From Conidiobolus incongruus B7586 (taxonomy: Eukaryota): DNA of 36,534 bases. The position numbers and the translations under genes are program-made. Position 1 is the stretch's first letter. Every line of letters begins with the position of its first letter. Below are positions 1 to 13,078 of this stretch, in pieces. The notes under the pieces are model-generated. The model had not been told where the DNA came from and ran no database searches. It saw nothing but the letters and a program-made list of their open reading frames with translations. Location: contig JNEM01012261.1 of NCBI GenBank assembly GCA_000697335.1, positions 1 through 36,534 on the forward strand. The letters run 5' to 3'.

Positions 1-797
1 TTAAAACATATATTATTATTAAAAATAAAATGACAAACTATATATTTTGATTTTAAATTAATATTTAATAATAAAATCAAAATGATATAAATTCTATTAA
101 TAATATTTTCCTTAATTTTATATAGTAAATTTCATAACTAATAACCATTGCTTACCCTTATTATATGGGTTTCTATAATTTATTATAATTATTCTAATTT
201 GAATATTAAAATATAAAATTGAAATACTATCAAACACCTTCCATCAAGTTAAATTTGGATCCTTAAAAAATCAATAATAGTTATAAAAGTTCATATTTGT
301 TAAATATAATGGATATAATAATCAAAAAAATTCTTTTCAATAATTATATCCTTGATAAATTCTTTATAGATATAATATATTATTATAAAAAATAAATGTT
401 TTTCAATTGAATTTCCTGATATTAATTTATAAAGTTAATTTGAAAAATAGATATCTTATTATTAAAATCATTTTTTGATGATATTAATTGAATATTTATT
501 AAATCATTAATACTTTTACTTAATATAGTAGTTGTTGAGTTAAATAATTTAAATTGGAACTTATAACAATTATGTTAGCTTTTTATTATTAATATTCTGT
601 AATTTAATTATAATAGATAGTATAATATAAAATATAATTCTTATAATATAATAATCTCTCTGAATCTTGTAAAATATCAAATATTACTATAGAATTAAAA
701 AAATGGGAAATTTTTTAATTTCTGATTTTTCAAATATATTATTAGATTCAAATAAAAAAATATATACAAAACAAATAAGAAAATAAATAGTTTTAAA

Positions 798-813
798 TTA
801 TATATATATATAT
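798..813. repeat. (TA)n microsatellite next to the left end of the mariner remnant
   Basis: The TATATATA run is visible directly. Mariner elements insert at TA dinucleotides. Confidence 0.7.
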
Positions 814-868
814 AATAGTGTTTTTGATTAAAAAAATAATTTTTTAAAATTAATTGTTTAATTTAATT

Positions 869-1913
869 ATGCTTAAACCAAATAGTAACTATCAAAAGTT
901 TTTTATTTTAGTATTAATAAAACTTAACCATAAACCCATTAAAATCATTTAAAATTAACAAGCAGCTTTTAATAATGAAGCATTATTTAAATTAACAATT
1001 TATTACTAGATAAATTACTTTAAAGTTAAGAGAGAAATTACCTAAAACCTGTTAAAATCTAGAAGATTAATTTTAACAATTACTCTTCTAATTGTTAATA
1101 AAATAAAAAAACATATTGAAAAGTACTTTTTTATTTCAGCTAGAGAATTATCAAGAGACTTTAATATTAGTTATATAAGTATTTTATATATATTAAAATT
1201 TAAATTAAAATTAATTAATAAAAATATAAAATAAATACAAAATAAATACCTTATAATTTAACTGAAGCTTAAAAAAAGCTAGAGTAGTTATTATTAAACA
1301 AGACTTACTAAGGTATAGTTAGAAACTAAAGCTTTTACAGTAAATTATTATAATTAATGAATCTTAGATTCTTTTATATAATCCTTTACTAAAACATAAA
1401 TCAAAGTGTTAGATTAAGTTAAATCAACCCTTTCTACAAATTCCTTTAAATAAACACTTTGTTAATAAGCAAATATTAATTGTTGTAATAGATTATAATA
1501 ACATTTGCTATTTTTATTTAGTTCTTAAAGGAAAATCAATTAATAGTAAACTTTATATTTCTTTTTTAAATAAAACTATTTCTAATTAGTATTCTCAATA
1601 TAATTTGAAAAAACCTATTATTTTACATAATAATTGTAAAATACATAAATCTAAAATTGTAAAAAACTTTTTAATTAAAAATAACTGGAAAAAACTACCA
1701 CATCTAGTATATTCTTTAGATTATAACCTATGTGATTATAATTATTTTAGGCAATTAAAAAACCAGCTTACAGGAAAGAAAATTTCTACAGGAAAATTTA
1801 ATTAGTTTGTGAAACATCAAATTTCAGTTTTTAATAAAAAGAACTGTTTTTTAGATGTTAGATCTTTGCTAAAAGTATAGCAAAAAGTTATTGGAAATAA
1901 AAGAAACTATTAA
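869..1913 (+). mobile_element. Degenerate mariner (Tc1/mariner, DD34D-type) transposase pseudogene
   Basis: Manual translation from ATG 869 gives decayed mariner motifs in order: AAFNNEAL..TIYY*..FK and KSRRL (HTH region, RSGRP-like), *IPYNL at 1243 (WVPHEL-like), IINES* at 1350-1367 (TGDE-W-like), LHNNC at 1623 (HDNA-like), LPHLVYSLDYNLCDYNYFRQLKNQLTGKK (LPHPPYSPDLAPSDY-F-LK-like), and LLKV*QKVI..NY* ending at 1913 (LP-RWQK-like). It has many stops and an 11-bp tandem duplication near 1229-1250. Confidence 0.9.
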
Positions 1914-2488
1914 TTTTATAATCTATATTTATTTTTATTTTGTATATATTAAAATGTTTATTTTTTTTCAATCACAAAAAATTCCCATTATTAAATTACA
2001 AAGTAATATAATTATAAAAATTAACTTTATATTTATATTGTGTCTAATTTTTTTGATTTTTAATTAAGATATTATATACCCAGATTTATAAACTAATAAA
2101 TAACATTATATAAACTTAGTAAAATTATAATAAGTTTATATGAGATTATAGAGAAAATATTGGCAATTTTATTAAGCGATATAAATAATCTATAAAATAT
2201 TTCTGAATTAATTTAATATTACTTTAATTAACTCTAAATTAAATAAAACTAAGTAAAAAAGAGCTAAAATTATATATTTGGTAACTTTAATTAGATAGTT
2301 TTGAAATATTATACTTTAAAACCACTTCCAATAAATTTTTTATTAGAAAATTATATGAATAATTCATATAAAACTCTTTGTATAGTATTATATTTGGATT
2401 AATGCTTTTTGTTTAAATTAGGAAAAATTACAAATTGTATAGTTTTCAGTCATTTTGATTTTCGTTAAGATTTTCCTAAAATATTATT

Positions 2489-2506
2489 TATATATATATA
2501 TATATA
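2489..2506. repeat. (TA)n microsatellite
   Basis: Perfect TA run visible in the sequence. Confidence 0.8.
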
Positions 2507-4621
2507 TTAAGTATAGAAGGTTTTTAGATCAGCTATTATGATGAAATATAATAGTAAAAGAATAATGAAATATTTATGATTCATAAAATAATAATTGATT
2601 AAATTATAGGAAATTATTTTTTGAACCATTAGATGTTGAATTATAGTTTAATAATTTAGTAAACATAAAATGATATTCTTCAATATTTACAATATATTAA
2701 ATATTATGAATATGGTTCGAACAGTATTAGCAGTTTAGTGAACTATTGATTCAAGCTACTGAATTAACTTGATATCTTAACAAATCAAATTAACAAATAG
2801 AACATAAATTCATATTGAATTTTTTATATGGATTTGATCATTTATTATGTAAGGATATTCTCAAAAAACAAGCATTTCTTGACTATAGTACGATCTTTTG
2901 ATTATCGAGGTTATTAGGTATATCATTTCTAATCATTAGAATAATGATTTTGTTAAATTTTAAATTGAAAATACAGAATACGCTTTATATTTTTTTGGTA
3001 TGAATAAATTATGTATAAAAAGATCAAATTTTTTCTAATTCTTAAAATTTTTAGTAACAAATTAATAATTCAATATGGTGTATATAATTAATAGAGCTGT
3101 TCCATTTAATATCCATAATATAATTTCAATAAAAAATATAGTAAAGTCTTTACATATAGAGTTGTATTCTGAACTATAAATCAACATTTACTTATTAAGA
3201 TTTTTAATAACTAAATATATCTCTGTTCAATTAATTTCAATTCTAGCTCTTTAGGCTTAATCCTTTTATTTATATTTTGAATGAAATTATTCTGGCTTAT
3301 TTTATCAAACATTTTAATAATTTTCAAGAAATATTGTCAATATATAAATCAATAATTCTGATGATTATAATTCTTTTCGTTATAATTTTGAAATGATAAA
3401 ACTTCTATATATTAAATATGTAAGATTATATCATTTTAAGAAGGTTATTTAATATTTCAGCTAAAATCAATAAATATATTAAGTTAATGATCCATTAACA
3501 GTCACTTTTATTACATCCAAATTTCTCTTAATAAAATGGATATGTGTCAAATTTGATTTTCTCATTAAATTATATCCAATAATCAGTTTAATATGTTAAC
3601 AATTTGGAATCATGTGAAAGTTTTAAGCATTTTGGCTATTTAAAGATTAAGCAGCATTATTATTAATAATTTAACTAAACAACTATTAAATTTGTATATA
3701 TTTATTAGAAATATTCAAAATTTAAAAAAAATAAAAAGTATTAAATGAAACAATTATCATACTTATTATAACTTAAAGTGAGAAATAACCGTACTAATTA
3801 ACTGAATTCGGAAATTCTTTAATTTCATTTCATCTCAAACCTCAGTTTCATTCAATAATCGTGAAACGCATCTATTTTCATCCTTGTATATTATATAAAC
3901 ATCGTCTAATCTAGATTTAGATCAATTAATTTTTAGTGTTATAAAGCCTATATTTTAGTTTTGTAAATATTAATTTGATACCCTCTTTCATTCAATCGTG
4001 TTTTAGTTCTCGTAATACTATTATTCTTTTATTTTCTATACAAATTTCTATATTCTTGAAAAATATTCTATTTGTTATTTAAACTAAAAATTTAGTAGAT
4101 TATAATTGATAGTAATAATTAAAAGAAATTGGTATATTTATATTAAAATAAATCGTTTACTCAATAGTTTTCTTAGATTTTTACTTATATTCTACAAACA
4201 CCATTTCAAATAAATATATGAATTTATATATGAACGATGATCTGAGCCCTACTTATTTTTAATACAATCATTAATGTAATTTGTTTAATAATCCAGTATA
4301 CTTAATGTATATTATTCATATTACAGGATATTTACAGAAGTATGCTTTTCTTGATTTAAGGATATTAGAAAATCGATCTTATTGAAACTGATTTGGATCT
4401 ATATATCTGGCGTGAGTAATATTTGATCAACTCTTATCCAAGACAAATTTTATTGTTTTTGTAAATAAAATAAATATATTCACTAGTTAAATTCTAGAAC
4501 CATATCAATATTGTCAGTATTTTATGTTTTTAACAATGTTTTGATTTCACAAAATTTTTGTGACACAAATTTTCAACCATATATTATTCTGTGATCTTCC
4601 AATTTTAAAGTTTATATATGC

Positions 4622-4627
4622 CACGTT
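4622..4627 (+). promoter_or_regulatory. CACGTT E-box, candidate Pho4/NUC-1-type phosphate-response site for transporter copy 1
   Basis: GCCACGTTTT lies about 1.24 kb upstream of the ATG in CpG-poor DNA. CACGTK is the established Pho4 site of the yeast PHO regulon, and copy 2 also has one. Confidence 0.35.
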
Positions 4628-5720
4628 TTTGATTTGATAAATTAATTGGACAAATTTTTTAAACCAATAAATCTCAAAGTAACTGTAATTTTAACATTCA
4701 ATCATGAGATTTTTATTTTTAATTTTCTCATTTAACTCAATATTTATCACATCAATTTTATTTCTGTTCATAGAAATATTATTCATAATATAGAATTTTA
4801 CCAATCCAGTTCTCTATTAAATCTCACTCCTAAATTTATTATTTATTTTATAAATCACATTTTTTTGATTTTATTATCGTTGATCAATTTCTAATTGTTA
4901 GGTTCATTCAAATACTCTGATATTTGCTGATAAATGTCAATATATAGTGGCTATTATTATATTTCTAAATTGAGCGTGATTTGTTACTTTTATTGCATCT
5001 CAACGAAGATATAAAAGTTATTAATCAAATATTATAATCATTAGTAGATAATACATAATATTGTAATCATCAAAAATTTAACCTATAATAAAATGCATAT
5101 TGTTTTTTCGTGTCCACAATCATGTATAAATTTGTACGCTATTTCTCAACTTCATATATCATTTCAAACCATTAGTATTTCACTCAATTTAACACATGAG
5201 ACAAAAGAAGGATAAATCTACTGAATGACCAATTCATTTTTTTACCTCAATACGTCATCCTCATATATTTCAATATTTCAATCATTAGTCAATAACCATT
5301 CATTCAACAATGTGTTAAGAACAAGGAACTATCATTGAATATTTTTTCATATATGTATATATTTTCATAAACAAGTAATATTAAAATTTATTTTACTACT
5401 GAAGCCTAAATCTAAAAATTGGAAATTTCTAAATAGAATATTATACCATTTTGAGATTAATAGCAAGTCACTTTTGAGTTAATAGTCAAATTTAGCATGA
5501 GCGAATATAGAAAGAAATGTAGATTTTAAAATTATTTAAATAACCTCAATTTAAAAAATTGGATTTAACCCTCAATTGATTAACTTGTAGAAGATCGGAA
5601 ACAGATATTCAACTCAAAAAGAGTGATTATTTCAATGTCTTATAATAAACATGTAATTTATCAAGATTGTGATTATAATATATGTTAAAAAGGTTATATG
5701 TTGTATAAGTTTGTCCTAAG

Positions 5721-5728
5721 TATAAATA
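5721..5728 (+). promoter_or_regulatory. TATA box of transporter copy 1
   Basis: GTATAAATAGTTGAT is 143 bp upstream of the ATG. The matching GTATAAATACTTGAT is 142 bp upstream of copy 2. Confidence 0.65.
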
Positions 5729-5863
5729 GTTGATTGATATCTAATACTTCAACTTTATAATAGTTTGATATAGTCAATTTCAAAGCTTTAACTGAACCTA
5801 TCATTTCAGTTGATTTTTATTTTCCTTATTTATTTCAAACTATATTAGAATATTCATAAAACT

Positions 5864-7357
5864 ATGCAGGCACACGATTATACCTGGCTTTTTGTGTGTA
5901 CTCTCATTGCTGCCTTCTGTGATGGTTACGGTATTGGTGCTAACGATGTAGCTAATTCCTTCTCTACCTCCGTATCTTCGGGATCCTTAACCTTACCTCA
6001 AGCCTGTCTTATTGCCTCTTTTACTGAATTCTTTGGTGCTTTCCTCTTAGGTGCTGGTACTGCCTCCACAATTCGTGATGGTATCATCAGTTTAAGTCTT
6101 TTCAAAGGAAAACCCGAAGTTTTAATGCTTGGTATGTTCTGTGCTTTAGTAGGATCTTCAGTTTGGACTATTTTAGCTACTAAATTGGGATGGCCTGTGT
6201 CTACTACTCACTCCATCGTTGGTGCCATTGTTGGTGTTGGTATTTCTGGATTCGGATTTGGTGCTGTTAAATGGCAATGGGCTGGTTTAGGCAAAATTAT
6301 TGCTTCATGGTTCATTTCTCCTGTCTTGGCTGCCATTGTTGCCAGTATTATCTTCTTAGTCACTAGATACTTTGTTTTGAGCCATGAGAACTCTTTCCAA
6401 AGAGGTCTCTATGCTATCCCAGTTTACTTTGGAATTACTTTTGCCATTGACATTTTATATGTTTTACTCAAGAATGGTAAAGGACCTGGTGAGTTAGCCA
6501 TTGGATATACCGTTTTGATCGTTTTAGCTTGTGGTGTTGTTATTGCTGGATTGTGTTGGTTCTTATTCGTTCCCTGGTTGAAGCGCAAGATTTTGAAGAA
6601 AGAACAGCTCTATTGGTATCATATTCTAATTATTCCATTTGTCTCTGAAAAACCAAAGGTTGCTGACAAATCTGAAGAAACTGGCCATGTTGAAGAACCA
6701 AAGACCAGAGAACCCCCAACTACTATCGGTGGAAAAATTTATGCTGCTCTTATTCACGGTTTTACGGTTGATGTTACCGATGTTAGTCATGATCCTCGTT
6801 TACAAGCTATGCATGATGATGCTGTTCAATATGATCCCAATACTGAATACATGTATTCTTTCTTACAAGTTGTCACTGCTTCAATGGCCTCATTCGCTCA
6901 TGGTTCCAATGATGTTGCTAATGCTATTGGTCCTCTCTCCGCTGTCTACCATATCTGGTCTACTGGAAAATTGCCTAGTGATAAGACTGAAGTTCCTATT
7001 TGGATTTTGGCTTTAGGTGGTGCTGCTATTGATGTTGGTTTATTGACCTATGGTTACAACATTATGAGATCTCTTGGTAATCACATTACTTTCCACTCGC
7101 CTTCTCGTGGTTTCAGTATGGAATTAGGTGCTTCATTAACTGTCCTTACCGCTTCCAAACTCAATGTTCCCGTTTCCACCACTCACTGTATTACTGGTGC
7201 CACCGCTGGTGTCGGTCTCTGCTCTGGTAAATGGAATGCTGTTAACTGGCGTCTTGTTGCTCAATGTTTCTTCTCTTGGATCGTAACTGTCCCATTCGCT
7301 GCCTTGGTTTCTGGACTCATTTTTGCTTTCGCTTCCAGAGCCCCTACCTTGGTATAA
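5864..7357 (+). CDS. PHO89: PiT/SLC20-family inorganic phosphate symporter (Pho89/PHO-4-like), copy 1, 497 aa, intronless
   Basis: Carries both PiT signature repeats (GIGANDVANSF and HGSNDVANAIGP), the PVSTTHS and PVSTTHC motifs, SRGFSMELG and multiple hydrophobic segments. Confidence 0.95.
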   Translation: MQAHDYTWLFVCTLIAAFCDGYGIGANDVANSFSTSVSSGSLTLPQACLIASFTEFFGAFLLGAGTASTIRDGIISLSLFKGKPEVLMLGMFCALVGSSVWTILATKLGWPVSTTHSIVGAIVGVGISGFGFGAVKWQWAGLGKIIASWFISPVLAAIVASIIFLVTRYFVLSHENSFQRGLYAIPVYFGITFAIDILYVLLKNGKGPGELAIGYTVLIVLACGVVIAGLCWFLFVPWLKRKILKKEQLYWYHILIIPFVSEKPKVADKSEETGHVEEPKTREPPTTIGGKIYAALIHGFTVDVTDVSHDPRLQAMHDDAVQYDPNTEYMYSFLQVVTASMASFAHGSNDVANAIGPLSAVYHIWSTGKLPSDKTEVPIWILALGGAAIDVGLLTYGYNIMRSLGNHITFHSPSRGFSMELGASLTVLTASKLNVPVSTTHCITGATAGVGLCSGKWNAVNWRLVAQCFFSWIVTVPFAALVSGLIFAFASRAPTLV

Positions 7358-10300
7358 ATTATTACCACCTATCTTGTGAATAGATAAAATCCATAATTAT
7401 GCTTATCATTATCAAGTCGAATATATATTCATGTTTATAATTTTCGTTTATTCTAAGATCTTGTTTATTTTTTTATATTGCTCTACTACCGTAATATAAT
7501 CCAATTATCAATCATCAATACAATTATTAATGACTATATTAATTCAGGATATTATAAATATAATAATTAATTTATAAGTTATCTGTAAATATCATTTAAA
7601 TCATATTGATATGAATACTCAACTAATAAAGGTATTAAATTACCCATTAATTTCGAAGATTACCCAACACAAAGTAACATACATTTTCTATTCATTGTTA
7701 TTATAAGTTTTTTTAAATGCTTATTTCACAAAATCAATAACCTTCATAAACCAACTAGTCTAATTATATTTGAATTTTCATATGAGAGATATTTTTTATT
7801 TATTAAATACTTTTTTTTATCCAAAAATATAAATATATTGTAATTACAAAATTTACTATTATTACTTCAGAAATTAAAAATAATCTTTGATATTTCTTAT
7901 ATTCAAATATACAGATAAGATTCAAAAATAGATTTTATATAAAATGAATCAAAGAGTTTAGAGGTTAATAAAATATATCTTTAATAGTCTAGTCCTTGAA
8001 ATTCTTATATATTATTCTATATCATTGATTTAACTTTGTATTTATCAATTAATTTATACTTTTAAAGTTAATTAAATAATTTAAATCATACTATTTTAGC
8101 TAATAAATATAGTCCCTCTTTTTTCTCTTAATTCTTACTATTTTTCTGATTATTTTCACTATTTCTATGTTTAATACTATATCTATCAATACTATATTTT
8201 GCTGATACTATCTAATATAAAGCTCAATATATTTATATTGACTCAATTGCTTATGAAGCTTAAATAAACTTTTTTTACTGATATATTAGCTTATCATATA
8301 GTCACCATATTAAATCTTTCTCTATAATATATTAGCTTTACACTAACTCTCCTTACATATATATTGATTTATAGCTTTTTCTTTAATATAAATATTTTTA
8401 TTTCTAAATTTGATTAATATTTTATCATGAACATTAGAAGTTTGATATTATATATTATTAAAACTTAATTTCAAACCCTTTAAAATCATTCAAATTACAC
8501 AATCAGTTTATAAAGATGATATTTTATTTCAAACACCAGCATATTTCTAGATTACAATTTTAAAGCTAGAAATTAAATTATTTAAAATTGTTATAAATTG
8601 AACAATTATTTTTATCCTGATGTTTATTCATTATTATTATAATATATTATATTGATAATTATATCTTTATTTCTGCAGGAGAATATAATTGATAATTTAG
8701 TAATATCCAATAATTATATTATATATATTTATACTATATAATTTAAAATAAGTATTGAAAAAAGTTAAATGGCTATAATTTGAAATACGTATCAAGATAT
8801 AAAAGGTTAATTTTTGATAATAAACTTTTTTAATTTATTACAGGCATTTTTAAATAATATTTTATCAAATATCAATGTAAAAACTAGGATGAATTAAAAC
8901 AATCTCTTTTACTAACCACAGTAAACATGTATATATAAACTAGTAATATTTCATATAGTATATTGTAATTTTATATATTATTTTTTTCAAAGCTAAAATA
9001 ATAAATGGCAAATTTTATATTTTGTAAATGAAAAATTTTTATTTCACAGGTCTAAGATAATTGAAAAATACTTATTAATTAGAATAGTAATTAAAGAATA
9101 TTCAAATCCGAAGTTATAAAAGAGTATTTAAATTAAATAAATAAACAAATACTATATCTAATATAATGACTAAACCATAAATTTAATTTGTTTAATATAA
9201 TTCAATTCTAGACTTTGATAATAAAATATATTTAAATAGGTAAAGTATATAAAACTAAATTAACAAGCCCTTACTATTAAAAAATAATAATTTTTATATT
9301 ATATATTCATTTCTATGAACTATTCACTTGAAACTCTATTCAAAACAAGTTTTAAAAATGTGTAATGAAGTAATTTCTAAAGTAATATATAAGAAATTAT
9401 GAATATTTCTATATAAAGGAATATATATTACCATAATATATTTATTTATGTTAAGCTTTTATTATCCAACGATAATGCTATACACTTAAATCGAGTTTTG
9501 ATAATAGAAGAATGCTTTGTACTATTTGGTCTTTATTACTATAATTATTATAGATAATTTATTTTGTCATTATCAAGTTATATAAATAATGTCAAGGTTG
9601 GAAAGGAGTTACTAAACATATTTTAACAATAAACCCTTATTTACAGAGAGTTTAGTTATTTTATTAAAATAATAATTATTATTAATATTTCTTTAATATT
9701 CTTCTCATCAAGTTTTAACAATTTGCAATTCTCAATAATATTTGTAAATTTGTTAATTGAAGTTAGAATATTTGATAATCAAATGGACTTAAGTCTAAGG
9801 CTAATATATTTTCATTAATATTAAATCATGACCTGAAGGTTTCTGATATTTATTTCAAGTATGTTTATTTATCAAATTTTTAATAATTGCTAAAATGACT
9901 AAGAATTATTAAATTTCATAACTAATCAAAATTGAATAAAAAACATTTACTAAAGATTACACTATACAGAACATTTTATATAAAGTTTTATCAAATTCCC
10001 AAGTAATAACTGATGTTAAAATGTTTTCAAAATATATGATCAAATAGTTAATTAATAACTTATAGTGTAAAAAGCAAATATTAAATATATAAATAAATGT
10101 TAAATTTTATTTTATATTAGTTCAAAGGATATAAATAACGTTATTAAAAATTAAAAATTACTAAAATTTTTTCAAAAGTACTAGCTAAGTTTCTAAGCTT
10201 TATTATTAATTATTTGAGGTTTGACAACAATGGTTGGATTTAAATTCAATATAGTGTAAAGGAAGACTTCAATTAGGGATGACTTAATTAATTTAATATA

Positions 10301-12303
10301 TCAGTCAATTCATTTCAAATGTGAAATAAATAAGTTAATATATTTAATTTGATTGATTTGATAGAAAGTATCAAAATATATTGCAATCTTAATAAGGATA
10401 CTTTTAAATCTTAGAAAATTAGGGTGATGTAACATAATCAAATAATGATATTAAGATATTGAGAGGGAAAATAAGAACCATATTTATCAAATAAATTAAT
10501 GCTATTTATATAATTAATATATATTTGAAGGTGTAAATAACTTTTGAAATATATTGTTAATATAGACATAGGGTTATATTTAAGAGTTAGGAGAATTAGT
10601 CACTTAAAAAATTTAAGAAATATATCAAATATTACTTTGGTAGCCTAATGAAGAAATTAGCATAATCGTGATATTTTATAATTAATTTTATTATTACATT
10701 ATTACAATATATTTAAAAATTAATTCAACAATTAAGAATATAGGTACCTTATACCATAACTAAGGAAAAATAGATAGAAGAAAAAAATATCAAAAATATA
10801 AATTAATATTACTGTAATGTTTATCTTACTATACTTTAAAAGATCAATTATAATAGATGAGTTATAGATTCTAGTATATGATCTATTATCAAACGATAAA
10901 AAGATTGCTTTGATTAAAAATTAAATGCAACACCATAAGTTCAAAAGCAGATCCTATTTAAAAACAAAAAAATGTTATTTTCTGGTTTTGTTATTATTAG
11001 TATAACATTTCACCTATTATTACTACTAAAAGTAAACTATAATAGTTGAATATATCGTACATGTTAAAAACTTTTATGACACAAAAAATAAGAAAAATTT
11101 AACTAAAGGAATTTATTTTATATGATAATAACTATATATAGAGCAAAGAATTATCAAAAATTTCATTTTTCAAATAGCCAGTCTTTATTACCATATTCGC
11201 AATATTCACTAGATATAAATCCTTGAGATTATGAATGCTTTGGCAAGTTGAAGTATTTCATTTGGCAAAAGAAGTTTGTTAATATTTCAACTTTACATTT
11301 CAAAATCAAGGGTAATTTTGAAGATAAATTATAAAGCCAATTTAAAGGGGTTGAGCAATTACCATTAGTATAGAGTTGTATTATTGAAAAAAAAAGATTT
11401 TGTTAATTGTTAGAATCATTTTATTTTTGCTTTAGCTTTAATAATGTTAAATTTAAAATTTGAAATTAGTCAACTTAATTATTGAAGCACTGTATAATAT
11501 CTAACTTAAATAAACAAAATTGGATTAAATTAAATCAACTGTTATTTATTCATTAAAATAATATTTAAAACTCATTATCCATCCCAAAATAAAGAATTAT
11601 TTCAATAGTTGTATGCGTACTGAAACTCAATTATTTATTTGGAAATATATTAAGTAATAATTTGCACTACCATAATTATTGAAGCGCATTACATAGAATA
11701 CGCTAATATCTATATATAAGCAGAAGAAATAAAAATATAATTTAAATCAATAAATTGAATCAGTTACTGTTCTCTTTAAACCCCAGTTAATTACAGTAGT
11801 ATTCAAATTTTGAAATATAACGCATAATTGTTAAACACATTTAATTTTGTGTTCTTATTTAAAATTATTCGTTGTGAAACGTTTTCAAATTTACTAAACT
11901 GATTGGATTATTTACGCCGATGAACTTATCCGCAATGTACCGAAGTTTAGATCTGAGGTGAAGAGAATTGTTTACTTAAATTTCTCAATGAATGAAATTA
12001 TTATCACATTCAATTTTCTTCTGTTTTTAGTAGTATTATTCACAAGACGTTATTTATACTTCAAGTTATATTGAATTTTATTAATTATTTTGTTTTTTGC
12101 AGATCAGCTATATATTGGGTATATAAGTCCTGTAAAATGATTTCATATTTAATTCATTATATAATATCACTATGAAAGTTTAATGAGGGTAATTTATTTT
12201 TAAACTAAATAGATTTTGATAAAAGTCAAGTTAACAATTTTTTTATTATTGAAAAAAATTAATTAATTTTAAAAGTAACATCGTCAAATTCTTCTATAGA
12301 AAA

Positions 12304-12309
12304 CACGTT
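12304..12309 (+). promoter_or_regulatory. CACGTT E-box, candidate Pho4-type site for transporter copy 2
   Basis: AAACACGTTG lies about 775 bp upstream of ATG 13079. Confidence 0.35.
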
Positions 12310-12936
12310 GCATCTAGGTGTCCACCATCATTTCTAATATTTAATATAATTCTATTCAACTCTATCATATCAATCCATCTAAATATAAATTATTTAATTC
12401 CACACATGAAAGGACTCAGAGATAAATTGCTTTTGTTGAGTAAGCTTCCTTATTAATGTATATAATAATACATAGTATTTATGGCATGAAATGTTCATGA
12501 AGAATAATTTTCAACCATTCAATTGTAAATGTGGTATTGATAATCAATTCTAATTGACTAAAATTTGGTGAAAAATTTCTCATAAAAACGAGTAACATTG
12601 TAATTTTGCAAGATTCTATACAAGTTCAATTATTCATATGTGGAACAAAATGGAAAAATAAACTGAATTAAGGCAAATGACTAGTCACTTCTGTAAATTC
12701 CTCAAAAATCTTAAACACAAGTGTGAGGTAAATGAGAATTGAAAATGTTGGAATTCAAGTTATATGCCTTTGATCATCAATATGGTTGATGCTTAATTAA
12801 TCGAGTTAGTTATGATAAGAACAGAAATAATAAATACTGTATTAAGTAATAAAAATAAAACGATATAAACAATCGATCATATTTTTGAATCAAATTATTT
12901 AATATTATCAATATTTGTCGAGAATTATTTTTGAGG

Positions 12937-12944
12937 TATAAATA
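12937..12944 (+). promoter_or_regulatory. TATA box of transporter copy 2
   Basis: TATAAATA with flanking sequence and spacing to the ATG conserved relative to copy 1. Confidence 0.65.
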
Positions 12945-13078
12945 CTTGATGAATATCAGTTGATTCATTCATCTGGCAGTTTGAAATTTTAATTAATTTC
13001 TTTTTTAATTGGTTCTTTTGTAACAAAAGAATCTCCGTTTCTTTATCACTTTTCAAACTTTTGTCTGAATCACTAATT

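Noticed and set aside
811..1992. Possible terminal inverted repeats of the mariner (about 811-840 and 1958-1992)
   Set aside because: Only a partial A/T-rich match (TGATT-AAAAAAATAA) that needs gaps. Too degenerate to call.
4547..4563. Palindrome TCACAAAA-T-TTTTGTGA
   Set aside because: Short, low-complexity, absent from the paralogous promoter and plausible by chance in AT-rich DNA.
6639..7016. Alternative-frame 125-aa ORF, and its twin at 13878-14231
   Set aside because: Shadow frames inside the transporter genes, produced by T-ending codon bias. Their similarity only reflects nucleotide identity of the paralogs.
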